Assembly (NCBI GenBank): GCA_051859245.1
Contig: JBHYGA010000001.1
Location: 800,001 to 864,000, forward strand
Source: Gemmatimonadaceae bacterium
Lineage (GTDB): Bacteria; Gemmatimonadota; Gemmatimonadetes; Gemmatimonadales; Gemmatimonadaceae
Direction: 5' to 3'
Length of the DNA stretch: 64,000 nucleotides
Below are positions 19,811 to 30,079 of the stretch, piece after piece. A program made the position numbers and the translations under genes. The notes under the pieces were generated by a model. That model was not told the origin of the DNA. It ran no database searches and saw only the letters and a list, made by a program, of their open reading frames with translations. The number at the start of each line of letters is the position of its first letter. Positions within the stretch are counted from its first letter, which is position 1.

Positions 19811-20319
19811 TGACTCGTCAGCAGTTCTTCTCATTCGTGCAGCGTAGCGCTCTGGTGCTCGTCATCAGCGCGATCGCCACACCAGTGCTCGGCGCGCAAG
19901 TGACACGTACACTGCCAGTCTCGCGCACAGCGGCCGCAGTTGATAGCGCGAAGCCCACCACGCGCGGCAACGAAGCAGCCCCAACGCTCAGTATTGCTCG
20001 CGAAGTGTTCTCGTATTCCGGCAGTGGTCGTCGCGACCCCTACGCCTCACTCATGGCCAGCGGCGAACTGCGCCCGCTTGTGAGTGATCTGCGGTTGACT
20101 GCCGTGGCTTTTGATCCAAACGGCAAGAACTCCGTTGCAATTCTGCGCAACGTGACTTCAGCCGAGCAGTATCGCGTGCGTGTTGGACAGACGCTTGGAC
20201 GCCTTCGTGTGTCCGGTATCCGCCAGAAGGCCGTGATTTTTTCAATCGATGAGTTCGGATTCAGCCGGCAGGAAACGCTGCCACTGACCAGCGATTCCAC
20301 CACAGCGAGGACGCGATGA
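19810..20319 (+). CDS. pilP: PilP-like pilus assembly protein
   Basis: YSGSGRRDPY motif, YRVRVGQTLG, position between pilO and pilQ. Confidence 0.75.
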   Translation: MTRQQFFSFVQRSALVLVISAIATPVLGAQVTRTLPVSRTAAAVDSAKPTTRGNEAAPTLSIAREVFSYSGSGRRDPYASLMASGELRPLVSDLRLTAVAFDPNGKNSVAILRNVTSAEQYRVRVGQTLGRLRVSGIRQKAVIFSIDEFGFSRQETLPLTSDSTTARTR

Positions 20320-22679
20320 TCGTTCAGTCGACGGCCGCGGTGCTTACCGTGGTCTTGGCCCATGCAGTGTCGGCAAATGCCGCGCTTCCGCCCAAGCCAC
20401 ACACCGCTATTCACGCCGCGTCTGCGGCCATCTGGACTCCCAAGACGCTCGCTGGTCCGCGCGTTACGGGTGTGTCACTCGTGCCTGGTGCAAACGGCGC
20501 CGAGTTGGTGATTGCCGTGGATGCCGCGGCGAAAGTCACCGACTTCACGCTGTCCAATCCAAATCGCATCGTGCTCGATGTGATCGGTGCCAAACTTGCG
20601 GTCAAGCCACGTGCCTATGATCGCACGGCGCGTGGTGCGATCAAGGATGTGCGCGTCGCGCAGTTCGCGACGGATACGGTTCGTGTGGTGCTCGAACTCA
20701 CGGGCAAGCCCGCGTACGTCGTGCGTCATGAAGGTGGAGAAATTCGCGTCAGCATTAATGGCGCATCGCAGTTCGCACGTTGGGACATGACACCGGGTGC
20801 GCTCGCACCAACGACGATGCTCGCCGCCGCTGCTGAAGAGCCGGCCGAGATTGTACAGCCGGTGGCGCCAACGATGTTGACCGCACCAACCGCTACGCTC
20901 GCGTCGCAGACCTCAGGCTTGTCGAGCGTCCCGCTCGCGGCGTTGTCGCAGCCCGCGATCTCGCAGCCCGCGCCGTTGCAGCCCGCGATCTCCCAGCCCG
21001 CGCAGTCGCAGCCCGAGCCGTCGCGCGTTGCGACGCCGGTTGTTCGCGACGAACGCGAAGGCAAGCTCGACGCGTCGAACAGCTCGTTCTCCACCTCCGA
21101 TGCGCCGGCCGCCATCAAGATCCCGTTGGCCATCCCGCCCGCGCCGGATGCGATGTACTCCACCAAAGCGCAGCCGTCACAGCAGCCGCGCATCACGATC
21201 AGCCTCGACGGCACGAACATTCGCGACGTGATCGCAACGTTCGCCAGCTTCTCGGGTCGCACGATCGTCGTCGGCAAGAATGTGGAAGGCACGGTCACCG
21301 CCGACATCACGGACAAGCCGTGGGACGTAGCGCTGCAGGCGCTGCTGCAGTCGCAGGGACTCGCCGCGACGGAAGATCCCAGCGGCATCATCACCGTCGA
21401 CAGCTATCAGGCGCTGGCACAGAATCAGGCGCTTGAGCCGCTCGTCACGCAGATCGTGAACGTCAACTACGCGAAAGCGGCGAGCCTCGTGAACACGGTG
21501 CGTGCACTGCTCGCTCGTGACTGCTCGAACCTCACCACCACGCAGACCGCGGCCGGCATGGGTGCCGGTGGTCAGCAAGGCATGATGGGTGGCGCGCAGG
21601 GCGGCCGCGGCGGCCAGGGCGGCATGCAGGGCGGCGAAGGCTGCGTACTGCGCGGTTCCGTTTCGGCCGACAGCGCCACGAACAAGCTGATCATCAGCGA
21701 AGTGCCCACGCGTTTGCCGGAACTGATCAAGCGTCTGCAGGAACTCGACGTGCGCACGCCGCAGGTTGCGATCAAGGCCAAGATCATCTTCATCAATCGC
21801 ACGGGCATCCAGGATATCGGACTCGCGTACGATCTCGGCACTGGCAACAAACAGTTCTTCCAGCAGCTCGTACCGCGCACCGATCCGAACACGCTCGTGC
21901 CGGTGGACACCGATGGTGATGGTGTGCCCGATGCGCGTGGTGGTGGTACGCCGTTCCAGGGCCCGGCGCGCATTGCGCTCGGTGGCAACGCGATCTCCGG
22001 CATTGCCAACGCGAACAACGCGATCAAGCCGAACGCGCTCAACCTGATCTACTCAACGGCGATCGGAAAGTATCAGCTGACGGCGTTCCTGAACGCACTG
22101 CAGACGTCGTCGCTCGCCGATGTGCAGAGCGAGCCGAGCGTCACGATCCTGAATAATCGCACGGCGGAAATCTTTGTTGGACAGGAAATCCCGATCCGTG
22201 TGATCGACGCAAGCGCCGGCGGCGGTGGCGGCGGTGGCGGTGGTGGTGGCGGTGGGGCCGGCGGCGCCGGTCAGGATCCGAGCGCGCAGACCTTCTTCCC
22301 GCGTGCCTCAGTGCAGATCAAGGAAGCGGGTATCCGCTTGAGCGTGACGCCGCAGGTGACGAACAACCGCATGGTCATGCTCAGCATCAAGGCCGAAAAC
22401 TCCAACGCGGAAGTTGGACCGTCTGATGTCGGCATCATCTTCAATCAGCAGCGCGCCGAGAGCCAGGTGCTCGTGGCCGACGGAGAAGCCGCAGTGATCG
22501 GTGGTCTGACCGTGACGGAAGTGTCGCGCTTCCGCTCAGGCATTCCGTTCCTCATGGACCTGCCGTTCATGGGTCGCCTCTTCTCGCAGAACACCACGAA
22601 CGAAACGAAGCGTGACCTGCTGATCCTGGTCACACCGCACATCCTCGAGGACGGCACGACGCCGCCTCCGGGCCGCTGA
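20316..22679 (+). CDS. pilQ: Type IV pilus secretin PilQ (AMIN + N0/N3 + secretin)
   Basis: AMIN (FTLSNPNRIVLD), PWDVAL, PQVAIKAKI, GIPFLMDLPFMGRLF, LLILVTPHIL. Confidence 0.95.
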   Translation: MIVQSTAAVLTVVLAHAVSANAALPPKPHTAIHAASAAIWTPKTLAGPRVTGVSLVPGANGAELVIAVDAAAKVTDFTLSNPNRIVLDVIGAKLAVKPRAYDRTARGAIKDVRVAQFATDTVRVVLELTGKPAYVVRHEGGEIRVSINGASQFARWDMTPGALAPTTMLAAAAEEPAEIVQPVAPTMLTAPTATLASQTSGLSSVPLAALSQPAISQPAPLQPAISQPAQSQPEPSRVATPVVRDEREGKLDASNSSFSTSDAPAAIKIPLAIPPAPDAMYSTKAQPSQQPRITISLDGTNIRDVIATFASFSGRTIVVGKNVEGTVTADITDKPWDVALQALLQSQGLAATEDPSGIITVDSYQALAQNQALEPLVTQIVNVNYAKAASLVNTVRALLARDCSNLTTTQTAAGMGAGGQQGMMGGAQGGRGGQGGMQGGEGCVLRGSVSADSATNKLIISEVPTRLPELIKRLQELDVRTPQVAIKAKIIFINRTGIQDIGLAYDLGTGNKQFFQQLVPRTDPNTLVPVDTDGDGVPDARGGGTPFQGPARIALGGNAISGIANANNAIKPNALNLIYSTAIGKYQLTAFLNALQTSSLADVQSEPSVTILNNRTAEIFVGQEIPIRVIDASAGGGGGGGGGGGGGAGGAGQDPSAQTFFPRASVQIKEAGIRLSVTPQVTNNRMVMLSIKAENSNAEVGPSDVGIIFNQQRAESQVLVADGEAAVIGGLTVTEVSRFRSGIPFLMDLPFMGRLFSQNTTNETKRDLLILVTPHILEDGTTPPPGR

Positions 22680-22702
22680 AGCCACGAGGAGCCACACACA
22701 CC

Positions 22703-25117
22703 ATGCGTGCATTCACCATGACTCAGGTTCGTCACGTCCGCCGATCAGGCGCGCTCGCATTGCGAGCGCTCGTGCTCGGCGCGGCGGTGGCCGGCCTGGC
22801 AGCCTGCGACGGAGATGAGGTGGTTGATCCTCCCTTCGCAGACATCGCCAAGCCGCGTGTCACCATGACGAAGGGGACCAATCCCCCGGATTCGCTGCTC
22901 ATTTTCGCCGTCACGGCCAAGGATGACATCGGATTGAAAAACATTCGCATTCAGTTGTCCGGCGGATTTAACGCGAGCATCGACACGACGTTCAACAGCG
23001 CCGTGCAGGAGTTCACGTTCAACGTGACCGCGCAGGTTCCGCGCAGCGCGCCGCTCGGTAGCACCGTAATCGTGCAGTCCATGGCACAAGACGGCGCTGG
23101 CAACATGTCCGACACCGCGTCGTTGGTGCTCACGGTTGGCAATCTCGCACCGCCAACCGCTGTCATCACCACGCCGGTCGCAGGCAGTCCGGTAGTCACG
23201 GGCAAGTCGCTGGTGCTCTCGCTCAGCGCTCGCGCCGCGTACAAGGTCAAGACGCTCGGCTACGTGACATCGGGTGCGTTCGTTACGAGCGATTCCGCGT
23301 CGTACGCGAATCCGTTGCGCGACAGTGTGGCGGCCATCGACACGCTCGTGGTACCAGACTCCGTGAGCGGGAACAGCCTGACGGTGACGCCGTTCGTGAC
23401 GGACTCGCTCAACCAGCGCGTGCTTGGCTCACCGGTGCAGTACGTTGTGCAGCGCCCCAATGAAGTGACCTCGGTACCGAAAGTGATCACCGGCGTTTCA
23501 CGTCGCCTGGAAATCACCGACACGGTCTTCGTTGAAGCAACCGATGCCGTTGGTATCATCGCGCTCGGCTACGAGATTCGCACACTCGGTGGTGCTCTGC
23601 TCGCCGCTGACTCCGTGCAATCCGATGGCCGGTTCACCACGTTGGTGCGTACGTTCACCACGCGCATTCCGGTCACCACGTTCCCAACGCCTGTCACCGT
23701 GCAGAGCTTTGCTCGCAACACGAACGGCAGCCGTGACTGGGCGCGTTTGTCGAACGGTCAGATCCGCGTAGATACGGCGCAGGTTGTCGCTGGCTACACG
23801 CGTGGACTGCCCGACGGCGGTACCATCGCCGACGCGATCTACTTCCCGCGCAACAATCGTCTGTATCTCACCAACATCGAGCGCAATCAGCTCGAAGTGT
23901 ATAACCTGGCCGACTCAACGTTCCGTCAGCCGATCATCGTTGGCTCACGACCGTGGGGTGTCTCCGCCTGGCCGCGCACACGCGGTGGTGTCATGGCGGA
24001 TACGTTGCTGGTCGCGAACAGCGGCGGTACGAACATCAGCTACGTTGACCTGACGCAGGGCACCACGGGCCGTGAAGTCTATCGCTATCCGCTGCCCAAC
24101 CTGATCGCGTACAGCGTGACGTCGGTGCGTTCGGAAACCACGTCGGAAGTGATCACACAGCGCACTGTGTATGATTTCTCCGATCGCCCGCAGTTCCTCG
24201 CGTCAACCTGCACGGGTGGAACAAGCGAGTCGTCGGCCTGTGAAGATGTGGTGCTCGTGTACTCCACCACGCCAACGCCAGGTCAGCTCGCCCCGTTTGC
24301 CAACAAGGGAACGGTTCGCTGGGAGAACCTCACGCGCAACAGCTCGCATCTGTTCTTTGAACAGTCCATGGGCCAGACCGCGCAGCGCGCCGACACGCTC
24401 GAAGTCGAGCGCTACGCCGCCGGTGGTGTGGGCGCAGACTCCGTGCTCGTGCCGTTCATGCAGCGTGTGCCGCTTCCCGACGGTTCGTTCTACAACTACT
24501 CCATCGTCATCCGCATTGACCAGCTTGCGTTCCGTGACACCACGTACGTTCGCAACTCGGGTAACTTCCGCCGCGCTGTGATCGGCGAAGGTGGACCGGT
24601 ACTCGGCAGTCGCGGCATGATGTACGACGCAACACGCGGTTTCGATCGCACGCCCACGCTGCCGGTGATCGATCGTGGTGTGTCACGCAGCATGGATGTG
24701 TCTGACTATGTGGCGAACACGTTCGCACGAGTACAGGGCGTTGGCATCAACTTCGACGGCGAGCTTGCCGCCATCAAGGGTGACTCCACGTATGTGTTCG
24801 ACGCGACGCTGCGCCTGCAGGGTATCTTCCAGTCACGTGGCAGCACGGGTGGTCTCGATTTCCATCCGGCCAATCGTGGTCTCAACAACAACTCCCTGAA
24901 CACGCGCCTGGCCTTCGTGGCCTCGTCGGAACCAGTGATTGAGATCTACGACAGCTACTGCTTCAAGCGTGTGGGTTCGGTGCCGATCCGTGATCCGATC
25001 ATCGGACCGGTGCGCGCATCACTTCGCTCCGACGGAGCCATTGTACTGGTTGGCGCAACGATCCGCGGTGTGACGCTCGTGCAGCTGCCGGACAACTTCA
25101 CCACCGTCTGTAACTGA
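22703..25117 (+). CDS. Large lipoprotein, Ig-like repeats plus YncE-like beta-propeller
   Basis: Lipobox LAA|C, Ig-like motifs (AKDDIGL, AQDGAGN), propeller-like motifs (LYLTN, VGSRPWGV, LLVANSGG). Start 22703 or 22718. Confidence 0.7.
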   Translation: MRAFTMTQVRHVRRSGALALRALVLGAAVAGLAACDGDEVVDPPFADIAKPRVTMTKGTNPPDSLLIFAVTAKDDIGLKNIRIQLSGGFNASIDTTFNSAVQEFTFNVTAQVPRSAPLGSTVIVQSMAQDGAGNMSDTASLVLTVGNLAPPTAVITTPVAGSPVVTGKSLVLSLSARAAYKVKTLGYVTSGAFVTSDSASYANPLRDSVAAIDTLVVPDSVSGNSLTVTPFVTDSLNQRVLGSPVQYVVQRPNEVTSVPKVITGVSRRLEITDTVFVEATDAVGIIALGYEIRTLGGALLAADSVQSDGRFTTLVRTFTTRIPVTTFPTPVTVQSFARNTNGSRDWARLSNGQIRVDTAQVVAGYTRGLPDGGTIADAIYFPRNNRLYLTNIERNQLEVYNLADSTFRQPIIVGSRPWGVSAWPRTRGGVMADTLLVANSGGTNISYVDLTQGTTGREVYRYPLPNLIAYSVTSVRSETTSEVITQRTVYDFSDRPQFLASTCTGGTSESSACEDVVLVYSTTPTPGQLAPFANKGTVRWENLTRNSSHLFFEQSMGQTAQRADTLEVERYAAGGVGADSVLVPFMQRVPLPDGSFYNYSIVIRIDQLAFRDTTYVRNSGNFRRAVIGEGGPVLGSRGMMYDATRGFDRTPTLPVIDRGVSRSMDVSDYVANTFARVQGVGINFDGELAAIKGDSTYVFDATLRLQGIFQSRGSTGGLDFHPANRGLNNNSLNTRLAFVASSEPVIEIYDSYCFKRVGSVPIRDPIIGPVRASLRSDGAIVLVGATIRGVTLVQLPDNFTTVCN

Positions 25118-25149
25118 TCCAGGATCTGCCCCGGTCCGATGGGTCCACA

Positions 25150-25182
25150 ATACGCCGCGTTCCTTTCCGGAGCGCGGCGTAT
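25150..25182 (+). terminator. Strong hairpin closing the pil operon
   Basis: ATACGCCGCGTTCC-TTTCC-GGAGCGCGGCGTAT, with only a weak U-tract. Confidence 0.65.
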
Positions 25183-25335
25183 CGTGTATTCAGTGGCGGC
25201 ACGGCCGCAGGAAACGCAACACCTTGCCGAGTCCGCAGTCGAACGCACGTCGTCTCACGCGTGTCGTTTGGTTACGTTATCGCCAGACGTCTGCGCGAAC
25301 GGTGCGGGCGCCCGATCCTTTTCACTGGTTGCACG

Positions 25336-26541
25336 ATGCTGCGTTTCACAACTGCCGGCGAGTCCCACGGCCCGTCGTTAATTGCGATTCTTGAGGGAAT
25401 GCCGGCCGGCGTGCCGCTCCTGGCCGAAGACGTCAACACACAGCTGGCCCGGCGTCAGCAGGGCTACGGTCGCGGACGTCGCATGCAGATCGAAACCGAT
25501 CGCGTGGAGTTTCAGTCCGGCGTGCGAGCGGGCGAAACAATCGGCTCGCCGATCGCGATGCTCGTGCAGAATAAAGACTGGAAGAACTGGATCGAGATCA
25601 TGGATCCGGCGCCGCGTGAGTCCGACGACACCACCCCTCGAAAGCGCGTCGTCACGCGCGTGCGACCGGGACACGCCGACCTCACCGGCGTACTCAAATA
25701 CGATCGTGAGGACGCACGCGACATTCTGGAACGCGCGTCCGCACGCGAGACCACCGTGCGTGTAGCCGCCGGTGCGGTGTGTCGCCGCTTCCTCGAAGCG
25801 CTCGGTGTGCGCATCGGATCGCATGTGGTGCACCTCGGCGGGATTGATGCACGCGTACCCGACACGCTGCCTGACGACCTCAATGCGGCTTCTGACGAGT
25901 CGGCCGTGCGTATGCTCGACCCCGACGCCGAAGCTCGCGTGATTGCGCACATCGACGAGATCAAGCGCGCCGGCAATACACTTGGCGGCATCTGCGAAGT
26001 GGTCGTGACCGGATTGCCGGTGGGACTGGGCTCGCACGTGTCATGGGATCGCAAGCTCGATGGTCGACTCGGACAGGCGATGTTGTCGATTCAGGCCGTC
26101 AAAGGCGTGGAGATCGGACTCGGCTTCGAAACCGCGCGGCGCACGGGTGCGGAGGTGCACGACGAAATCGAGCCGGCGCCGGGTCGCACGATTGCAGGGC
26201 ACGTGCGTCGCCGCAGCAATCGCGCGGGCGGCCTTGAAGGCGGCATGACCACCGGTGAGCCGCTCGTCATCCGCGTGGCCATGAAGCCAATCGCGACGCT
26301 CATGAAGCCACTGGCCACCGTAGACGTCGCAACAGGCGCGGTGGCGTCGGCTGCGGCCGAGCGGAGCGATGTCACCGCCGTGCCGGCAATGGGTGTGATC
26401 GCGGAGGCGATGACGGCGTTTGTGTGCGCCCAGGCCATGCTCGAAAAGTTTGGCGGCGACTCCCTGGTAGAAGTGCAGCGGAATCTGGCCGCGTATCTGG
26501 CTCGACTCGACGAGCGGGTTGTCGGACGCGCTGAAAGCTGA
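25336..26541 (+). CDS. aroC: Chorismate synthase
   Basis: MLRFTTAGESHG, RPGHAD, ERASARET, RSNRAGGLEGG. Confidence 0.97.
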   Translation: MLRFTTAGESHGPSLIAILEGMPAGVPLLAEDVNTQLARRQQGYGRGRRMQIETDRVEFQSGVRAGETIGSPIAMLVQNKDWKNWIEIMDPAPRESDDTTPRKRVVTRVRPGHADLTGVLKYDREDARDILERASARETTVRVAAGAVCRRFLEALGVRIGSHVVHLGGIDARVPDTLPDDLNAASDESAVRMLDPDAEARVIAHIDEIKRAGNTLGGICEVVVTGLPVGLGSHVSWDRKLDGRLGQAMLSIQAVKGVEIGLGFETARRTGAEVHDEIEPAPGRTIAGHVRRRSNRAGGLEGGMTTGEPLVIRVAMKPIATLMKPLATVDVATGAVASAAAERSDVTAVPAMGVIAEAMTAFVCAQAMLEKFGGDSLVEVQRNLAAYLARLDERVVGRAES

Positions 26542-27074
26542 TGCTGCGGCGTCATCTGATTCTGGTCGGTCTTCCGGGAGCTGGAAAGAGTTCTGTGGGA
26601 CGCGCAGCGGCCGAACAACTCGGCGTGGCGTTTGCGGATCTGGACCTGCTGATCGAGGCAAGAACCGGGCAGTCGATTCCGCAACTCTTTGCAGGGCAAG
26701 GGGAAACGTATTTCCGGAAACAGGAATACGAGGTCACCCAAGAGCTGTTGAGCTCGCCGCCGAGGGTGTGGGCACCGGGTGGTGGTTGGGTCACGGTGCC
26801 GGGTGTTCTGGCGCTGGTTGGAGCTCGCGCCTGTATCATCCATCTCAGGGTTTCGCCGACCGAAGCCTTGGCGAGGCTGCGCGCAGATGCCACTATTCGC
26901 CCCCTGCTCGGTACAAGCGAGCCGGAACGCGTATTGGATCGTCTGTGGCGTGAACGGTCGGCGGCGTACGCCACGGCTCACGCGGTGGTCGACACAGATG
27001 ATGCGGATTTTCAAACGGTGGTGGACCGGGTGTGCGCGCTGGCCCTGGCCGACTCCCCGACAACGGATACCTGA
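26541..27074 (+). CDS. aroK: Shikimate kinase
   Basis: GLPGAGKS, DLD, GETYFR, GGG, RPLL. Confidence 0.93.
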   Translation: MLRRHLILVGLPGAGKSSVGRAAAEQLGVAFADLDLLIEARTGQSIPQLFAGQGETYFRKQEYEVTQELLSSPPRVWAPGGGWVTVPGVLALVGARACIIHLRVSPTEALARLRADATIRPLLGTSEPERVLDRLWRERSAAYATAHAVVDTDDADFQTVVDRVCALALADSPTTDT

Positions 27075-27518
27075 ATGACTGAACGCTGGGTTCAGATGCT
27101 GGCGACGCTCCGGGAGCGATTCTCGAGCGACGTAGATATAGTAGAAATGGAATCGTTTCTCGCGGCCAAGGGATTGGACCGGCAAGAAATTGGTGAGGTG
27201 CTGTCGTTGTACTTCGCCGATGGTATTGCCATGGATCAACCCGCGGTTCCGGTCACGGAGATCCCGGGTGGTGCACCGCGCACGTCACTTCGTGTGCAGG
27301 GGCCCCATGAACGCGGACGGTTCACCCCGGAAGCCTGGGGGTATTTAGTGATGCTGCACGAATCAGGACTTGTTGCGCCGTTCGATTTTGAACAGCTGAT
27401 TGAGCGCGCGCTTTTTCATATTGATGGCCGGATCGGGTTGTCCGACATCCGTTCGCTCGCCGACGATGTGGGATTTGATTCCCTGTCGCCGGACACCGAT
27501 CGCACTCTGCTGCACTGA
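27075..27518 (+). CDS. smg: Smg / DUF494 family protein
   Basis: SLRVQGPHERGRFTPEAWGYL...FEQLIERA, directly upstream of topA. Confidence 0.75.
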   Translation: MTERWVQMLATLRERFSSDVDIVEMESFLAAKGLDRQEIGEVLSLYFADGIAMDQPAVPVTEIPGGAPRTSLRVQGPHERGRFTPEAWGYLVMLHESGLVAPFDFEQLIERALFHIDGRIGLSDIRSLADDVGFDSLSPDTDRTLLH

Positions 27519-27523
27519 GCCAC

Positions 27524-30010
27524 ATGGCAATCAAGAAGGTCGCAAAAAAAGCGGTCAAGAAGGCCGCGAAGAAAGCGCCAGCAAAAAAAGCGGTGGCCAA
27601 AAAAGCCGCCGCTAAAAAACCGGCTGCCGTGAAGAAAACGGCTGCCAAAACCAGCCGGCGTAGCGCGGCGGCCACACCGTACGAAGACGATGTGCTCCCA
27701 TCGCCAGGCAAGTCGCTGGTGATCGTGGAGTCACCGGCCAAAGCCAAAACGATCGGCAAGTATCTCGGCACTGGCTACACGGTCAAGGCCACGGTTGGCC
27801 ATGTGCGTGACCTGCCTGCCAAGAAACTCGGCATCGATATCGAGAACGGCTTTGCGCCCGACTATGTCACGATTGAAGGCAAGGAAGACATCCTTGGCGA
27901 TCTGAAAAAGCATGCCCGTGTGGCGAAGGAAGTGTTCATCGCAACCGACCCTGATCGCGAAGGAGAAGCGATCGGTTGGCACGTGGCGAGTTTCTTTACG
28001 CAAGGACCGGCGCGTACCCGTGTGGAAGCGCCCATTCGTCGCGTGCTCTTTCATGAAATCACGAAGGACGCCGTCAAAGCGTCCATGGATCGTCCGCTGG
28101 ACATCGACACCGATCGTGTTGACGCTCAGCAGGCGCGCCGCGTGCTGGATCGACTCGTCGGCTACAAGGCGAGTCCGGTGCTCTGGAAAACCGTCAAGAA
28201 AGGATTGTCCGCTGGTCGCGTGCAAACGGTCGCGCTGCGCATCATTGTAGAACGCGAACGTGAAATTCGTGCGTTCACTCCGGTGGAATACTGGAGCATT
28301 GCCGCCGATGTGTCGCACGAGCAGCAGCCGTTCTCAGCCAAGCTGCATCAGGTAGATCGACAGAAGCCCGAGATTGGGAATCAGCAGCAGGCCGAAGCGA
28401 TTCTGCGTGATCTCGACGGCGTCAAATCGTTCACCGTGACGGAGCTGAAGAAACGCGAAGGACGCAAGAACACCGCGAAGCCGTTCAAGACGAGTACGCT
28501 GCAGCAGGAAGCGGCCAAGAAACTCGGCTACGGATCCAAGCGAACCATGCGTCTGGCGCAGGATCTGTACGAAGGCATCGAGCTCGGCGCCGAAGGCGCA
28601 GTCGGTCTCATTACGTACATGCGTACGGACTCCGAGCGTGTCTCTGAAGTTGCTGCGCTCGCCGCGCGTGACTTGCTGCGCGCGCAGTTCGGTGACGAGT
28701 ATCTCACCGCGCAGCCGCAGCTGTATCCGAGCACCAAAGCGAACGCGCAAGACGCACATGAAGGTGTGCGTCCCGCCGATCCGTCACGTCGCCCGGAAGA
28801 TGTGCAGCGGTATCTCACGGCCGATCAGTTCAAACTGTATCAGCTCATCTGGCAGCGTTTCATGGCGTCGCAGATGGCACCGGCCGTGTTCGATACCACC
28901 ACGGTGGATTTCGCCGTGCCGCGCGCCGGCAAAGAATATCTGTTCCGTGCGACCGGTTCTGTGCTCAAGTTTCCCGGCTTCCTCGCGCTGTATCGCGAAG
29001 CGCGTGAAGAAGGCGATGCCAAGGCCATTGAAGACGAGCAGGCGTTGCCGGTGCTCAGCGAAGGCATGGTGGTGCCAGTAAGCGCCATCACACCCACGCA
29101 GCACTTCACCAAACCGCCCGCGCGTTTTTCTGAAGCGTCACTGGTCAAGGAACTCGAGCGTCTCGGCATTGGTCGTCCGTCAACGTACGCGTCGATCATT
29201 TCGGTGCTCGCCGAGCGTCGTTATGTGATGCTGGAGCAACGCCGATTCTTCCCCACGCCGCTTGGCGAAACGGTGGAGAAGGTGATGGTGAAAAAATTCC
29301 CCGCGATCTTTAACGTGGGGTTCACCGCACAAATGGAAGGCGAGCTCGATCGCATTGAGGAAGGTGCGCTCGACTGGCACAAGGCGCTCGACGAGTTCTG
29401 GGAGCCGTTCCACAAAACGTTGAACGACGACGATCTCGACATATTGATCGCCGCCGCGCACGATTTGTCGGCGCTCGAAACGGAGCGATGCCCAGAATGT
29501 GGCGGCAAACTTGTGGCCAAGGGCGGATTTTTCGGGCCGTTTGTTGCCTGCGAAAATCATCCCAAGGTGTGCAAGTATACGCGACCGATCAAAGGCGAGA
29601 AAAAGCCGGCGGAACTCACGGCCTACAAGTGTCAGGAGTGCGAAGCGCCAATGGTCATTCGCCATGGCCGTTCGGGTGACTTCCTCGGCTGCTCGCGATT
29701 CCCCAAGTGTCGCGGCACGCGTTCCATGCCAACGGGCGTGTTCTGCCCGAAGGATGGCGGTGAGATTGCCGAGCGTCGCTCCAAAAAGCGTGGCAAGGCG
29801 TTTTACGGCTGCGAGAACTATCCCACCTGCGACTTTGTGGTGTGGGATAAACCGGTCAAGGAAACGTGTCCGGAGTGCGGCTACGTGGGCGCCGAGTCCA
29901 AGTTCAAGGCGTCGCGCGGTCACTTCCGGAAGTGCCTGAGCTGTGCCAACGAGTGGGACGTGCCGTCGCCTGACGACGCCAACGCCGAACTGGTGGCTGA
30001 GGTCGCATAA
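27524..30010 (+). CDS. topA: DNA topoisomerase I
   Basis: TOPRIM IVESPAKAKTI, DPDREGE, SAGRVQ, catalytic ITYMRTD, C-terminal C4 zinc ribbons. Confidence 0.98.
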   Translation: MAIKKVAKKAVKKAAKKAPAKKAVAKKAAAKKPAAVKKTAAKTSRRSAAATPYEDDVLPSPGKSLVIVESPAKAKTIGKYLGTGYTVKATVGHVRDLPAKKLGIDIENGFAPDYVTIEGKEDILGDLKKHARVAKEVFIATDPDREGEAIGWHVASFFTQGPARTRVEAPIRRVLFHEITKDAVKASMDRPLDIDTDRVDAQQARRVLDRLVGYKASPVLWKTVKKGLSAGRVQTVALRIIVEREREIRAFTPVEYWSIAADVSHEQQPFSAKLHQVDRQKPEIGNQQQAEAILRDLDGVKSFTVTELKKREGRKNTAKPFKTSTLQQEAAKKLGYGSKRTMRLAQDLYEGIELGAEGAVGLITYMRTDSERVSEVAALAARDLLRAQFGDEYLTAQPQLYPSTKANAQDAHEGVRPADPSRRPEDVQRYLTADQFKLYQLIWQRFMASQMAPAVFDTTTVDFAVPRAGKEYLFRATGSVLKFPGFLALYREAREEGDAKAIEDEQALPVLSEGMVVPVSAITPTQHFTKPPARFSEASLVKELERLGIGRPSTYASIISVLAERRYVMLEQRRFFPTPLGETVEKVMVKKFPAIFNVGFTAQMEGELDRIEEGALDWHKALDEFWEPFHKTLNDDDLDILIAAAHDLSALETERCPECGGKLVAKGGFFGPFVACENHPKVCKYTRPIKGEKKPAELTAYKCQECEAPMVIRHGRSGDFLGCSRFPKCRGTRSMPTGVFCPKDGGEIAERRSKKRGKAFYGCENYPTCDFVVWDKPVKETCPECGYVGAESKFKASRGHFRKCLSCANEWDVPSPDDANAELVAEVA

Positions 30011-30079
30011 GCAAACGCTGCCGTCGCGACGGCGGCGCAACTGATCGTTGGCCGGGTGGCATCGCGGTATATTGCAGCT

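Noticed and set aside
22218..22256. Poly-Gly tract as a phase-variation slippage site
   Set aside because: It is an in-frame, mixed-codon triplet run, so slippage would not switch the frame.
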